DNA of 64,000 nt from Eledone cirrhosa (Eukaryota). The notes under the pieces were generated by a model that was not told the DNA's origin, made no database searches, and worked only from the letters and a program-made list of their open reading frames with translations. The translations under genes and the position numbers were made by a program. Every line of letters starts with the position of its first letter. Within the stretch, counting starts at the first letter, position 1. Location: the NCBI GenBank assembly GCA_964016885.1, contig OZ024742.1, positions 203,360,001 to 203,424,000 on the forward strand. The letters run 5' to 3'. Of the stretch, positions 12,003 through 26,299 are shown piece by piece.

Positions 12003-12376
12003 TCTTGATATAGCAGGAAGAGGGTCTTAACGTTTTGTTTGTTTGTTTGTTCACGAACTCCTCCTATGGTTTTGGATATAGACCCCCATAACCATATATA
12101 TTCTGAAACTACATTGCCCAGGGTACTTGGATAAGTATATTTCATTTTAATCAAATGGTTCCCCGGGGGCACAAACCCCCGTTGAATTATTTTTCCCTTC
12201 GATTTATATGAAATTTAAACCATAGGTAAATGACAAGATATGATGCCTATTCAACAATATTAAGACAACCTAATGGAGTTTTTCTCCATAAATTATATCA
12301 CTGATTTAAAATCAATAATCATTTTCTTTCAAAAAAAAATGTATGAAACGCAGCAAAGCGCGGGGAATTCGGCTAG
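12003..12376 (+). mobile_element. Non-autonomous Helitron
   Basis: (GTTT)n near the 5' end; 3' GC hairpin CGCAGCAAAGCGCG followed about 10 nt later by CTAG|T at 12373-77. The 5' end is uncertain. Confidence 0.6.
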
Positions 12377-12719
12377 TATATATATATATATATATATATA
12401 TATTGCACATTTATATATATATATGTTGCACATTTTGCTTGGTATGACTATTTTCTATTTAATTCTAGTTCAAACATTTTATGTATTTAACTCAGTTTTG
12501 ATGGAAATAAACCGAAAGTTTTCCTGTCAAATCTTTGCTTTCTCATCGTCTTACATGCTTCTTCCCAACAGAGTAATTCTCCAATATATTATGCAAACTG
12601 TCATTACATGTGCAATACTACATTAATGTGTGGAATTGCCTATCAGCTAGGTGGCTGACGAGGTGGAGATGCAGTTGCCAGTTCGTCTTAGGTAACTATT
12701 TTTCTGTATGCAGTTATGT

Positions 12720-12797
<78 letters not shown>

Positions 12798-12975
12798 GGA
12801 ATAGAATGAAACGAAATTTCATTTCTCACTCTTAGTACGGCATAGTACATACATACTTACATTTATATATATATATATATATCATTAAACTTAACTCAGT
12901 ACCACGGGAAAGTTATATGTATATATATATACAATGATATTAAATAATTGGAAACTATATTTATAAAACCATATT

Positions 12976-13038
12976 TATTTTATTATATATATTTCAAGGG
13001 TACCAAGACACATTGGTACGCTTTCATCAGATAAAATA
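12976..13038 (-). ncRNA. Type I hammerhead ribozyme
   Basis: UAUUUUAU-CUGAUGA-AAG-C-GUACCAA-UGUGUC-UUGGUAC-C-CUU-GAAA-UAUAUA-UA-AUAAAAUA. Confidence 0.85.
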
Positions 13039-13172
13039 CAAAGTTTGTTTTATAAATAGAGACGTACCCATGAAAATAATACCTTATCGGTTGGAAATGC
13101 ACTATCCAGTGTATTTCCAACCGATAAGGTATGATTTTCATGGCTATGTCTCTATTTATAAAACAAACTTTG

Positions 13173-13235
13173 TATTTTATCTGATGAAAACGTACCAATG
13201 TGTCTTGGTACCCTTGAAATATATATAATAAAATA
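13173..13235 (+). ncRNA. Type I hammerhead ribozyme
   Basis: Mirror copy: CTGATGA 13181-87 and GAAA 13216-19, with one stem II substitution. Confidence 0.75.
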
Positions 13236-13393
13236 AATATGGTTTTATAAATATAGCTTCCATTTATTTAATATCATTGAATATTTACTCCAGTAAACTG
13301 TTGAGTGCTCTAAATCAGTTATAATCATTTATATTTGTCGGACTTCCAACAAATTAAATACCCCTTCTTCTTATATATATATACATTTATATC

Positions 13394-13438
<45 letters not shown>

Positions 13439-14274
13439 ATATATATATATATATATATATCTATCATTACACTTAACTCAGACACACGTCAAAGTTATAT
13501 ATATATATATGTATATAATTTTATAATTTTCAATCATATTTTATTTGTTTGACCCGAATTACTTGGTCGTTTCTATGGCTGTGCGGATAATGGTTTAACC
13601 ATCGCGTCAGTGTGTTTGGCCTCGTAACTTATGTTGTTGCTCTAGATCACTAGCTTCTATGGAGCGCTCGCCACACATCTCGGAAGTTGTTTTTCGCTAA
13701 TTTCCAATCGCCGAAATACGATTCTCGCTAATTTATATTTATATATATATATATATTCAAGCATACACCTAATTTAGTCCTACCAAAAAACCACACCACC
13801 ACCACTAATATATTTTGGGAAAATAAGCATATCATCATTACTTTTTTCTCTAACTAACTTTGCCGTGGGTCTGAGTTAAGTTTAATGAGATACTAAATAA
13901 TTGTTAATCAAGTTTCCTGGTTACGTTTTTACATTAATCTGAGATTTAGCCGAAAGCTATCTTCACATTTTATGGCTTAAAAAATAATGATGGGTGGTTT
14001 AATGTGTAATTTACATAGTTCTTAATTAACCTAGTATAATAGTTTACTTCGTACATTAATTAGTTCAGGGCATTGATGAACATTCTTTATTTATTTTGCT
14101 GAATTTACGTAGTACAATTAACCTATAATAAAATTTGCATAGTACATTAATTAGTTCAGTGCAGTAATTAACGTAGTACTTAAGTTACCTAGTATAATAA
14201 TTAGTTATCTCAGAACTTTTCCAAGTATAACAATTAACTCGAAGAGGTAATTAACGTATACCATAACCTTAAAG

Positions 14275-14440
14275 GCCATCAATTACCCAGTGCATTACTG
14301 GTACTTTATTTTATCGACCCCGTAAGGATGAAAGGCAAAGTCAACCTCGGCGGGATTTGAACTCAGAATGGCAAGGGACGTAACTATGCTGGAAATCATG
14401 GCGTCCGACCCTCTACCGATACTGCCAATCCACCGCCCTA
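14275..14440 (-). mobile_element. tRNA-derived SINE (Meta-like)
   Basis: Near-complete match to the 19404-19600 copy. Confidence 0.85.
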
Positions 14441-15687
14441 TAAACCTTAAATAATAATTGTATACCATAAGCTTAAATAATAATTGTTCGGCACCCTTGT
14501 ATAATTAACGTAGTACTATGAACACAACACATAATTAACATAGTATGATAATTTACATAATACAATGATTATCTTAGTGTGGTAATTATTATAAGGCAAT
14601 TAACTAAGTACAATCATAATAAACCACGACAATAATTAACGTGGTAAAGAGGGAGTCGCTTCGTAGTAGTTTGAACTTCTAGAACTAGCAGTCAAATTCT
14701 TCACAAATCATTCATTACCACCTTCATTGGGGAAGAAGTGATTGAATATTTTATTCCATACATACTGAACAGAAGACAAGGTGGTTACGGCTGGAACGGC
14801 GTTGGCTGTTAGTCTGTTGGGTTAGAACTGACTTGGTCTGAATAACAATAAAACAATATACATCCACAAAAACAATACTTCATTTGGTTTAATGAGAAAT
14901 CCTCAGTATTGTTACTCGATTTGCTAGAAATAGCTGCTAATATTTAAGCGCATCCTGCCGTCTTACATCAGGTGATATTGTCCGAGATACATTAAAATGA
15001 GATGGTCATAGCTGAAAAGGATTTGATCGCAGGTGTGCTAGAACAAGAATTTCTGGAGAAGGGGTTAACAATAAGGAAGTGTACTTTGGATGATGTAGTC
15101 CAAGATATACTATATCTGAATACGTTATGATATGTTCATGGATGAAGTATTTTTGACCATATGTATTCGTAGTAAAGACTAAACTGTGGCTAAAAGAGTA
15201 AGGCCATAATAGATAATTTACTAGAACTGGTGTGATTACAGACACATACACACAATTGTTGCATATCTTTGCTGACCCAGTGTGAGTGTGTGTCTGTGAA
15301 ACATACATATACAACAGGTTCGAACACAAGGAATCAAACTGCCACTGTCACTCCCTCCGTCGCTCCAGCTCTCTCTATCTCTCACTATTATAAGCCATTG
15401 GGGCCCACGCGCTAGCTGCCTAATGGGGGCGGACAGAATAGAGAAGGCGTTTCTCCGGGGGATAGTGAGGGAGACGCACAGAAAGTGCTATAAGGGATGC
15501 CTCAGCATGGTCGTAATTTAATGACTGAGACCGGTAAAATAATAAAACCTCTGAATAATAGTTGGAATGGACACAACTATAATACATTTGATTATAGGTC
15601 TGCTCTGTAAGGATTGACATGGAGTTAAACATCAGCAACACTAATGTCAAGAACGTCACGTTGGGTAGTGTAATTCTATATATACTA

Positions 15688-16300
15688 TAATTGTTTCTAC
15701 TTTTGGCACAAGGCCAACAATTACCCCAGTGCATTACTGGTACTTTTATCGACCCCGTAAGGATGAAAGGCAAAGTTAACAGTGACGGCATTTGAATTCA
15801 GACAATAAAGGGACGTAACTATACTGGAAAGCATGGCGTCCGACCCTCTATCGATACTGCCAATTCACCGCCTTTTCTATATATATACTATACTATTCGC
15901 GGAAACGACGTTATGATGAGGCACAGTCTTTGATTGCAGCTCTGATTGATAAACACTCACCTGGGGCTAAACAACAAAAGACATCAACAACACGGACGGT
16001 GCCACCATCACCATCACCAGAAACGACAACAACAGATACAATAACAGTTTCTGATATAGGCACAAGGCCAACAATTTTCAGGGTACAGGAATGTGGATTA
16101 AAAGACCCCAGTGCGTGACTGGTATTTTATCTTATCGAACCCGTAAGGTAAAGCTAAGGTAAAGCTAAAGGTAAAGCTAAGGTAAAGCTAAAGGTAAAGC
16201 TAAACTCGGCTGGATTTGAACTCAGATCATAAAGGATCATAACTCTATGCTGAAAAGCATGGCATCCAACCCTCTACCGATACTGTTAACCCACCACCCT
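15688..16300 (-). mobile_element. Two Meta-like SINE copies
   Basis: 15688-15872 and ~16045-16300; the second has an internal (AGGTAAAGCTA)n expansion at 16145-16203. Confidence 0.8.
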
Positions 16301-16319
16301 ACAACTGATACAATAATAA

Positions 16320-16950
16320 AACCTTCTACAACAACAATGCCACCACTAATAACACCAGCAACGAACCAAACTACCAGCAACACAAACAACAATAGCCGCA
16401 CCATCATCGCCACCAACGAAACAAACAACAACAACCATACACCTTACCAGAACCAAGAACAACTACGCCGCCACTATCACAAACATCAACAAATACAACA
16501 ACAATAACCACACCACCAGCATCACCACCACCACCACCAACAACAACAATAACCATACGACCAGCGCCAACATCTCCAATAAAAACAGCAACAATAACCA
16601 CAACACCAGCACCTCCAACAATAATCACCACACCAGCACTACCTCTAACAACAACCACACCACCAGCACCAACACCACCAACAACAGCAACAATAACCAG
16701 CACCACCAACACCACCAACAACAGCAACAATAACCACCTGTACCAGCACCACCAACCACAACACCAACAATAACCACACCAGCACCAGCACTACCTCTAA
16801 CAACAACCACACCACGACAAACACAACCAATAAAGATGCCACTATTACAAACAACAAACCCCCACCAACAACAACAAAACACACCTCTAGCACATCTCCA
16901 ACAACAACAACAACCACACCCCCACCACCACCACCACCACTACCGCCGCC
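16320..16950. repeat. (ACC/AAC)n low-complexity tract
   Basis: Degenerate trinucleotide repeats with short internal duplications. Confidence 0.8.
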
Positions 16951-17023
16951 AACGACAGCAGTCCAGAGTTTGAATGATTTAAAAGAGAAATAAAATGGAT
17001 CGATTGCAAGAGTTGAAAAGACT

Positions 17024-17066
<43 letters not shown>

Positions 17067-17377
17067 ACATATATTTACACATAAACACATACACGCACAG
17101 ATACATACACATACAATTTCACAATACACAACCACACACATATACACGCATACACACAAACAGTAACACATACTCATACACATACATCGATTGCTATAAG
17201 GCATGACGTCATCACCATGACCCAATATGGTAATGAGTGTGTGAATATATTAAAATTGTGCGGATGGCAAGCAATAACTACAGCCACTCAAAATTGAAAA
17301 AAAAACTGATTGAAAATAACTGCAAAAATATAAATACACAAAATGCGATGGCGGAGTTGGGGAACAATTATTATTAT

Positions 17378-18830
17378 TTTTGGAAGTATCGGTAGAGCGT
17401 CGGACAGCATGCTTTGTGGCATAGAATTATGTCCCTTTACGTTCTGAGTTCTAATCCCCTCAAGGTTAGCTTTGCCTTTCATCCTTACGGGGTCGATAAA
17501 ATAAAGTACCAGTAATGCACTCGGGTCGATTTAATCGACTTTCCCCTCCTGCCAAATTACAAGCCTAGTGCCTATACTAGAACTCATTATTATTTTTGGA
17601 AGTATCAATAGAGCGTCGGACAGCATGCTTTGCGGCATAGAGTTACGCCCCTCTACCTTCTGAGTTCTATCCCGTCAAGGCATCGCCTTTCATCTTTATG
17701 GGATCGATAAAATAAAGTACCAGTTACAAAATAATGTCGATTTAGTTGACTTTTCTCTTTCCCTTCAAATTACCTGCCTTGTGCTTATAGTAGAAATTAT
17801 CATTATACCAGTAATACACTGAGTATTTGCTGGTCTTGTGCCTAACGTAGAAACAATTATTTCGTTTCTGAATTTGTTTAGCAAGATTCTTTATCTGAAA
17901 ACGTGTGTTGAAACCGATATTGTTATACTGCAACATGACCCTCCCAAAGTATAACAATATCATTATTATTATTATTGGTATAATAAAGTACCAGTAATGT
18001 ACTGAATAATTGCTGGCCTTGTGCCAATAATAGAAACAATTATTATTATTATTGGTAGTGTCGGTACAGCGTCGAACAAAATGTTTTACGGCATAGAGTT
18101 ACGTCCCTTTACTTTCTGAGTTCTAATCCCGTCACGGTTAACTTTGCCTTTCATCCTTACGGGGTCGATAAAATAAAATACCAATCACGCACTGGGGTCG
18201 ATTTAATCGACTTTCCCCTCCCCAAAATTGCTGGGCTAGTGCCTAAATCAGAAACCATTATTATTATTGGCAGTATCGGTAGAGGGTCGGACGCCATGCT
18301 TTACAGCATAGTTACGTCCCTTTACGATCTGAGTTCAAATCCCGCCGAGGTTAACTTTGCCTTTCATCCTTACGGGGTCGATAAAATAAAGTACCAGTAA
18401 TCTACTGGTGAATTGCTGCCTTGTGCCAAAAGTAGAAACAATTATTATTATTATTAGGCGGTGGACTGGCAATATCGGTAGAGCGTTGGACAACATGCTT
18501 TGTGGCATAGAGTGACGTCCCTTTATGCTCCGAGTTCCAATTCCGCCGGGGTTAACTTTGCTTTTCATCCTTACAGGGTCGATAAAATAAAGTACCAGTA
18601 ATGCACTGAGATCGATTTAATCAATCCTCTCCCTAAAACTGCTGGCCTTGTGCCAAAAGTAGAAACAATTATTATCATCGTTGTTATTGTTATCAAATGC
18701 CACAAAGGTCAACTTTGCCTTTCATCCTTACGGGGTCGGTAAAACAACGTACCAGTCATGTACTGGGGTCAATGTGATCGACACTTCCCGCCCATATAAA
18801 TGTCTGACCTTTTCCTTAAATTAGTGATGA
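17378..18830 (+). mobile_element. Head-to-tail array of ~7 Meta-like SINEs
   Basis: Repeated A box (TGGCAGTATCGG), B box (GTTCAAATCC) and CTTTGCCTTTCATCCTTACGGGGTCGATAAAATAAAGTACCAG; units are separated by (ATT)n tails. Confidence 0.85.
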
Positions 18831-18987
18831 CGCGTGGATTTGTGATTAGGGTGCCTGACTCACGATTGCAAAGTCGTGCGTTCGATTCCCTCCTCGGCCC
18901 TACCTACCTTCTTTTATGACTTTGTTTTATCCAACTGCACATCTTTTGTAAGGTTTCTTAAAATTTCTTACATTCTATGAACGACCT

Positions 18988-19375
18988 CTTCTTCTTCTTC
19001 TTCTTCTTCTTCTTCTTCTTCTTCTTCGCCCACTTATTCCTGAGAGGGTTAGGGGGGTAGAGTCCTCAAACACTCCCTCCAGTGGCTCCAGTCAGAAGCA
19101 ACCGTCTCCAACTGATCCAGCTGGACCCCTAAGCGAGACAAGCCAAGCTCATAGATGTTATCCAACCAATTTGCTCGGGGTTTACTCCTGGGTCTCCTGC
19201 CAGTTGGTTTTGCCAGTAGAATCTCTCCAGCGATTCTTTTTCCGAGACATTCTAACCACATTATTCTGGAGTGATTTTCTGATATCCGAGTAACGTTACT
19301 TCAAAGACCATTCAGTGAAACCTTATTTTGGCCGTTTGTATTCGTGATAGTATTCTTTCGCCATCTGGCTAAAAT
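18988..19375 (-). mobile_element. RTE-clade LINE 3' fragment with (GAA)n tail
   Basis: LLAKPTGRRPRSKPRANWLDNI..LG..VASDWSHWR (ORF 19049-19261) is an RTE-type C-terminus; (CTT)n at 18988-19027. Confidence 0.75.
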
Positions 19376-19403
19376 TGAAATCATCATCATTATTGTTATT
19401 ATT

Positions 19404-19600
19404 AGGGCGGTGGATTGGCAGTATCGGTAGAGGGTTGGACGCCATGCTTTCCAGCATAGTTACGTCCCTTTACGATCTGAGTTCAAATTCCGCCGAGGTT
19501 GACTTTGCCTTTCATCCTTACGGGGTCGATAAAATAAAGTACCAGTAATGCACTGGGTAATTGCTGGTCTTGTGCCTAAAGTAGAAACAATTATTGTTAT
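19404..19600 (+). mobile_element. Complete Meta-like tRNA-derived SINE (reference copy)
   Basis: GGCGGTGGATTGGCAGTATCGG head, B box GTTCAAATTCC, central GACTTTGCCTTTCATCC..GGTCGATAAAATAAAGTACCAG domain, 3' CTTGTGCCTAAAGTAGAAACAATTATT. Confidence 0.9.
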
Positions 19601-20189
19601 TATTGCTCCATGTTGACTTTCATGTTGCAAATCTTAGCATTAGAGGGCAGTTGATAGAATGTATCGGTAGAGCGCCGAACAAAATGCTTTGCGGTATTTA
19701 GTTATGACTGTCTACATTTTGATTTCAAATCCTGTTGTGGTCGAATCTATTTTTAATCCTTCCGGGTTCAACTTTGCCCTTCATCCTTTTGGGGTCGATA
19801 AAATAAAAGTACCATTAACGCACTGCGGTCGATTTCATTGATTTTCTAATTCCCCAAAATTGTTGGCTTTGTGCCTGAATCAGAAGCCATTATTGTTGGT
19901 AATGGAATGAAATGGGTCCGATCGCCAGATCACAGCAAGGAGACTGTGATTCCAGCGGGATTTCCATTTCTGACATTTTCGGCAGAACGACGTAAGGTTT
20001 GAATTCAAAACCCATGGAGCCAAGGCAGATACTGCAAAACATCCTCAACAATTCTGCCAATTCACATTTATCGACCAAGAAGGTATGGAAAGCAAAATTG
20101 ACTTTGACAGGATTTGAATTCAAACAATAAATACTGCAAGGGATTTTATCCTACGTTCTCACAACTCTGCGAATGTGCAGACTTGATGA

Positions 20190-21958
20190 ACAATTTTTGA
20201 ATTTGCCTCTAATGTCATCCCTAACAATGATTAAGCTTGGCTTACCCCTTCTTTGAGGAGAGGTCACATGTCACCACATGGTCATACCTAGGACTTCTAT
20301 ATTTGTGTTGGCAGCGACTGGACGTGTACTAGTCGTTTAAACAAACCTTTCCTTTCAAGGAGGCTACCACAACCTAATTACGTAATGTAGCTGACATTAC
20401 CTAATTGCTGTGAATAGTGTTTCCAGTTGGAGCTATTGTTGACACACCGGTGTAGAGAAACTTATACTACGCATAAACAACGTTGCGAATTTGCAGCCTT
20501 GATGAATGAAATTTAATTCCGACTGCCTCGTTATTATATAAATAATTTAAGACGGTGCTATAGCTATGTAATAGATGTTTACCTACGCATTAACTTCACT
20601 GATGAAATATCACACAAAATTATTAAAATCACAATGAAATATAAGAATGGATATAATATCAATAATTATCATAATTGTTTCTACATTTGGCACAAGGCCA
20701 GCAATTACACAGTACGTTACTGGTACTTTATTGTATCGACCCCGTTAGGATGAAAGGCAAAGTTAACCTCGGCAGGATTTGAACTCAGATCGTAAGGGGA
20801 CGTAAATATGCTGGAAAGCATGTCCGACTCTCTACCGATACTGCCAAAATGTCATTTAACTTAACTGAGTAGAATATCCGAGAACACACGAGAAGAATAC
20901 AGATTAGAATGGAAAAACAAACGACGCTATAGAAATAAACATTTACATTGAAACCCCAACCAACATTTAATAGCAAAATAATTGTTTCTACTTTAGGCAC
21001 AAGGCCAGCAATTACCCAGTGCATTACTGGTACTTTATTTTATCGACTCCGTAAGGATGAAAGGCAAATAATAACAAAATAATGATCGTAAATACTTTAA
21101 TTCTTTTAGTAAGTACTACTGGTGAGATTGTTTTATTCATAATGATAAGTTGTTGAGCAAGGCGATTCATTTTATGTTGTTTTCGTGATAGAACTGAGAT
21201 ACACCAGTGAAGACTACTAAGAAATGTAGCTTCATAGAGGGCCAGCATACATAAATGTGAACTGTTACAACAGATGTGTGATAAAACTGAGTCCCTTAAC
21301 AATTAAAACAGCCAAGAAAGCTTCTATTATTTACAACAAATTTAGAAGGCAATCTAAACCTGCATAAGCGTCAGCTGTAGCAACAACAACTGCAACATAT
21401 ATGTGTGTTCACGATAGAAATGGAATCCTTCTAATTAAAACACCCAAGAACCTGTTATGCGATACAAATTCGTAGAAACAAGAACATATGTGTGATAGGA
21501 CTGATGTCCCTATTATTAAAACAGACAAGAAACATTAGATTCAGCGTCATGGGAGGCCATGTAAATGTGCAGAGGTAAAAAATAGCATATATATTATCAG
21601 TTGCACGAACACAGCGTGGGTCATAATAGAGGTGTATATAAACGCATATACGATATGTGTGTGCATAATAAGCACACAAGCGAGTGTTTTAGCGTATATT
21701 CAAACTTTCAATTTTTGAATTTCTCGTTAACAATGAGGAGAGGTCACATGTCACTACATGGTCACAACTAGGACTGCTATATTTGCGTTGGCAGCGACTA
21801 GACGTGTACTATTCGTTTAAACAAAGCTTTCCATTCAAGGAGGCTACCACTAGCTGGAGTACTATGAGCCTAATTACGTAATGTCGCTACTATTACCTAA
21901 CTACTGTGAATAATTTTTCCAGTTGGGGCTATTGTTGACACACCAGTGTACAGAAACT
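20190..21958. repeat. Diverged direct duplication (~20190-20462 and ~21708-21958)
   Basis: Both copies share GAGGAGAGGTCACATGTCAC..GGAGGCTACCAC..GCTATTGTTGACACACC, with indels. Confidence 0.8.
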
Positions 21959-22646
21959 GATGCATCGATCCAGATATATTTGATATATTAATATCAACAA
22001 CCACGCTTAGCCGTTTATCTAACTGATAACGTGTGTGAGCATACTGAGTAATGGGTTTGTAGTTCTAACAATACACACATTATTATATCATTGAATGTGT
22101 AAAATTTTTCTTCGCCAGTTTCGGCGATCGAGAACAAGTGATCCCCAGCTACTGGGATTGATGTTAAGGTGTATACTTTTATCATCTACTTCGCCTCATT
22201 AGCGCACAACATTAGGCTAAAAAGAAACTGTCACAAATATGCGTTGCTCAAGTTTCAACACAGAGGATTGGAACTCGAAAGTTTAGCTGGGCTCCCACGG
22301 AGTTATATTTAATAGGTTTCTTGGATGTTTTCATATGAAAAGCAACATGAAATGAAGTGTCTTGCTTAAGAATATAATACACCACCGAGACTAAGAATTG
22401 AAGCCATAGCTTTATGATTATGAGTGATTCAACCTAACCACAAGGCCCTGCACAATCACCGAGTAACAACATATAATGTATTTGGAACCAGAGAGCATGT
22501 TCCCGGCTACATAGCCTTGTAAAATATTTCTCTAACTTTGAAACAAGACATTCCGACGCAAAAGTGTGCTGTTGTGTTTGCTTGTCCCTGTACCCTCTCT
22601 CTCACTCACTCTCTCTCTCCCTCTCTCTCTTCCTATTTTTCTCTCT

Positions 22647-22722
<76 letters not shown>

Positions 22723-22912
22723 CGCGTGTCTGTGTGTCTGTGTGTGTGTGTGTGTGTTTGAGTAGTTACAGAAAAGATTTATATAGTTGCACAGCTGATC
22801 AGACACATGAGTACCTAATATATCAACTGCTTCGGCTTCCCAAGGGGCACAACTAGGAATAGATACGTTTTGTATGTTCAACAAGAGAAACTTATACATA
22901 TATCCACACACA

Positions 22913-23005
<93 letters not shown>

Positions 23006-23036
23006 GTATGCATATATGTATATATATATATTTATG

Positions 23037-23067
<31 letters not shown>

Positions 23068-23337
23068 ATATAAATATATATATATACATTCACACACACA
23101 CGCACTCATATATATTTATGTATATATACAGTGAGAAATAGAGAGAGAAAGTAAGAATCGTATTCACATAAACCCGCAAGCACAAAACAAGCCCCGCACA
23201 CAAGCGCATTATGAATATATATGCGCATTATTTATTTATGTATATATACATATACCAAGACATGTACGCACAAACATATTTTCAGAGTGTAAACATATTC
23301 ATACACATTGCCAAATAACCTATGAGTGGATATATCC

Positions 23338-23393
<56 letters not shown>

Positions 23394-23804
23394 GTTTTGT
23401 AATATTATGCCACAGATTACGGAGAGAAAACAATGATGCGTAAGTGTGAATGTTTGCAAGTGAAGGACGACATGAGTATAGGGTGACTTTGGAGTGTGAG
23501 GATATGAGTGAGCCGGAGTGAGGGAGGCAGTGTGTGTGTCTGTCTGCGTGTGCGAGTATGCATGATGTATGCGTCTGCTTTTGCGTGTATGCATGTGTGC
23601 GTGTGTATAGATGTATATTTTCTGTATTTTCACCTATATATAATGTCCTCCAGCTATCGTCTGCCTCATTGAAATCACACCGAATTACTTTTCACCTCAT
23701 AACAAACATGAAATAAAATGGCGCTACCGAATTGGCAGAGTCGTCAGAGTAATGTATTGACGTAATTGTTAGAGAGTCAGACGAGATGTCGTAGCATTAT
23801 TTGT

Positions 23805-24420
23805 TGGGCGGTGGATTACCTGTATCGTAGGGCGTCGGACACCATGCTTTGCAGCATAGAGTTACGGCCCTTTATGATCTGAGTTCAAATCCCGCCGAGG
23901 TTAGCTTTGCCTCTCATCCTTACGATAAAATAAAGTACCAGTAAAGCACTGGGGTATTTGCTGGCCTTGTGCCAAAAGTAGAAACAATTATTTGTCGGGC
24001 GATGGATTGCCAGTATCGGTAGAGCGTCGGACACCATGCTCTCTGAGCTCAAATCCCACCGAGTTTAGCTTAGCCTTTCATCCTTACGGGGTCGGTAAAA
24101 TAAAGCACCAGTAATACACTGGAGTCGATTTAAGCGACTTTTCCCTCTCCTCAAAATGTGTTGGCCTTGTGCCTAAATCAGAAACTATTATTTGTTGCAG
24201 TTCTGGAGGTGTATTGTAACAGTCATAATGGCGTCGAATTACAAAATGCTTCAGTATTTGTTCCAGCTCATTGCGATCTAAGTTCAAATCCTACCAAGCT
24301 TAGGTTTACCTTTCATTCAAACTGAGTCGATAAAATAAAGTACCAGTAACGCACTGGGGTCAACTTAATCGACCCCCCCCCCCAATTGTTGGCTGTGTGT
24401 CTAAATCAGAAACATTATGT
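23805..24420 (+). mobile_element. Tandem Meta-like SINE cluster
   Basis: Three or more head-to-tail copies. Confidence 0.8.
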
Positions 24421-25539
24421 GTTGCAGCTCTTTGTGTTCTGAGTTAAAATTCCGCTGTGGACTGTTTATACGGTATATCTAATCCTTCGCCCAGTTTAAT
24501 ACCACAAACTGGAACTTAGGTGCATTCAGTTGAGTTAACTCTGTTGCTGGCATCTATGCAGGGTCTCCGGTTTGGGAAATACCTTCCTCTTTCTCTCAAA
24601 AGTGCTGAAATATGTAATGGGTTCTGACCTTGCTTTTCTGCCTAAACAGTAAATATAAACGTCTTCGGAGAAACAAACACGGGGAGAGAGAGATAGAAAG
24701 TGAAAGATAGAAAAAGCGAGTGATGGAAAGAGATAAAATAAAAGAGAGATAGAAAGAGAGATATATAGAAAACAAGAGAGACAGAAAAAAGAGAGAAGCG
24801 GGTGTCTATTTTAACCTTCACACGATGTCTACCTCTATTATCAGTTTCAAGGAAATTGCTCTAAATTACTTCTCACATACCTTCAACAGACCTGACATAA
24901 ATAATTTTGAGTGAAGTGTGAGTGAGAGAGGGATATGTGTCTATATCGTCGTCTATCATCCATTTCAGTAAAATCTCTCTAAATTCCTTCTCACCTCATT
25001 ACAGTTTTGAAAAAACAAAACAAAACGTCTTGAGTGAGTGAGTTAGTGAGTAGGGGTGTGAGTGAGATCGCGAGAGAAAGACTAAATGAAAGAGATTTGT
25101 CTAAGCGGGCCTCTGTTATCTGTTTCAGTAAAACCGCTCTAAATTTCTCCTTACCTCAAAGCTCTTGAGTGAGCAACGTGGAGAAAAAGAGGAAAATACA
25201 TAAGGAACTTCAAACATCACTCGTGACAACTCGCTATATTATACTAAAAGAAGAGAAATAAATAAAGAAATATATAGAAATATATTTTTGTAAATAAGAC
25301 AATAATAGAACCGTGTGGAAATGGAAGCACCAATTGAAACATAAGTTTTAAATCTCCGAAGCCATTTATGAAAGTATTGAAGAAGACAAGAAAACACACT
25401 TCGATCTTCCGACGTGGAAGAGGCTCCTATCAGAAGAAACCGTCACCGAATTATCATTTTTCTTACCTGTTGTACAAACCTGGCTGGACACAGAACACTG
25501 CACAAACATTCTAAAAGTTCTATAGAGTTATGAAATAAT

Positions 25540-25724
25540 TGTTTCTACTTTAGGCACAAGGCCAGCAATTACCCAGTTCATTACTGGTACTTTATTTTAT
25601 CGATCCCGTAAGGATGAAAGGCAAAGTCAACCTCGGCGGGATTTGAACTCAAATCGTAAAGGGACGTAGCTATGCTGGAAAGCATGGCGTCCGACCCTCT
25701 ACCGATACTGCCAATCCACCGCCC
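25540..25724 (-). mobile_element. Full-length Meta-like SINE with an 18-bp target-site duplication
   Basis: TSD ATAGAGTTATGAAATAAT at 25522-25539 and 25725-25742. Confidence 0.9.
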
Positions 25725-26299
25725 ATAGAGTTATGAAATAATACATATGAATAAGCCATAGATGACGAACATCATTAAGTAATGTCAGTTTCATGAGGAG
25801 ATAAAACGCCTCCATGAAGGAGAGAAAAAAAAGAAAAGAAAATGAGTATAAATCCTGGAAAACTGTAAGTCCGGTATTGAAAAAAAAAAAAAAAAAAAAA
25901 TCACAATGGATTGACACCCCAAATTCACTATTTTCCTTTTACTTTGCTCCACTTTTCAAGTTAAATGACACGACGGTTCAGTTATATTCAAATATTGTAA
26001 GCGCGTCCATTGAGAATATCGTTATATAAAAAAAATCACAAGGGATTGACAAACTGCTCAGTTGCTCGCATGTGTGCGTGCTGAATTCTGGATCTTTCCG
26101 CTGGGAACAACCCCTTGTTTCCCCCCTCCCTTTTTTTTTCTTTTTTTTTCGTGTACATCCATCCATTCACTCATTCATTTACTGCCATTCTACCTTCCTG
26201 TGTCTCCCCCTCCATGCAACCCCTTTTCGATCTTGTTTTCTGGCACCTCCATATATATAGGTGCGCTATGCTGCCCTCTTACCAGCACTTTCCCTTCCA

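Larger units (their letters stand above)
12932..13372 (+). mobile_element. Family B foldback pLTR
   Basis: 172-bp arms 12932-13103 and 13108-13279 around a 4-nt loop; tail to 13372; explains the mirror ORFs at 12983-13198 (-) and 13013-13228 (+). Confidence 0.8.

Noticed and set aside
25350-25525. ~58-codon open stretch ISEAIYESIEEDKK...
   Set aside because: No start or splice signals and no recognisable homology.
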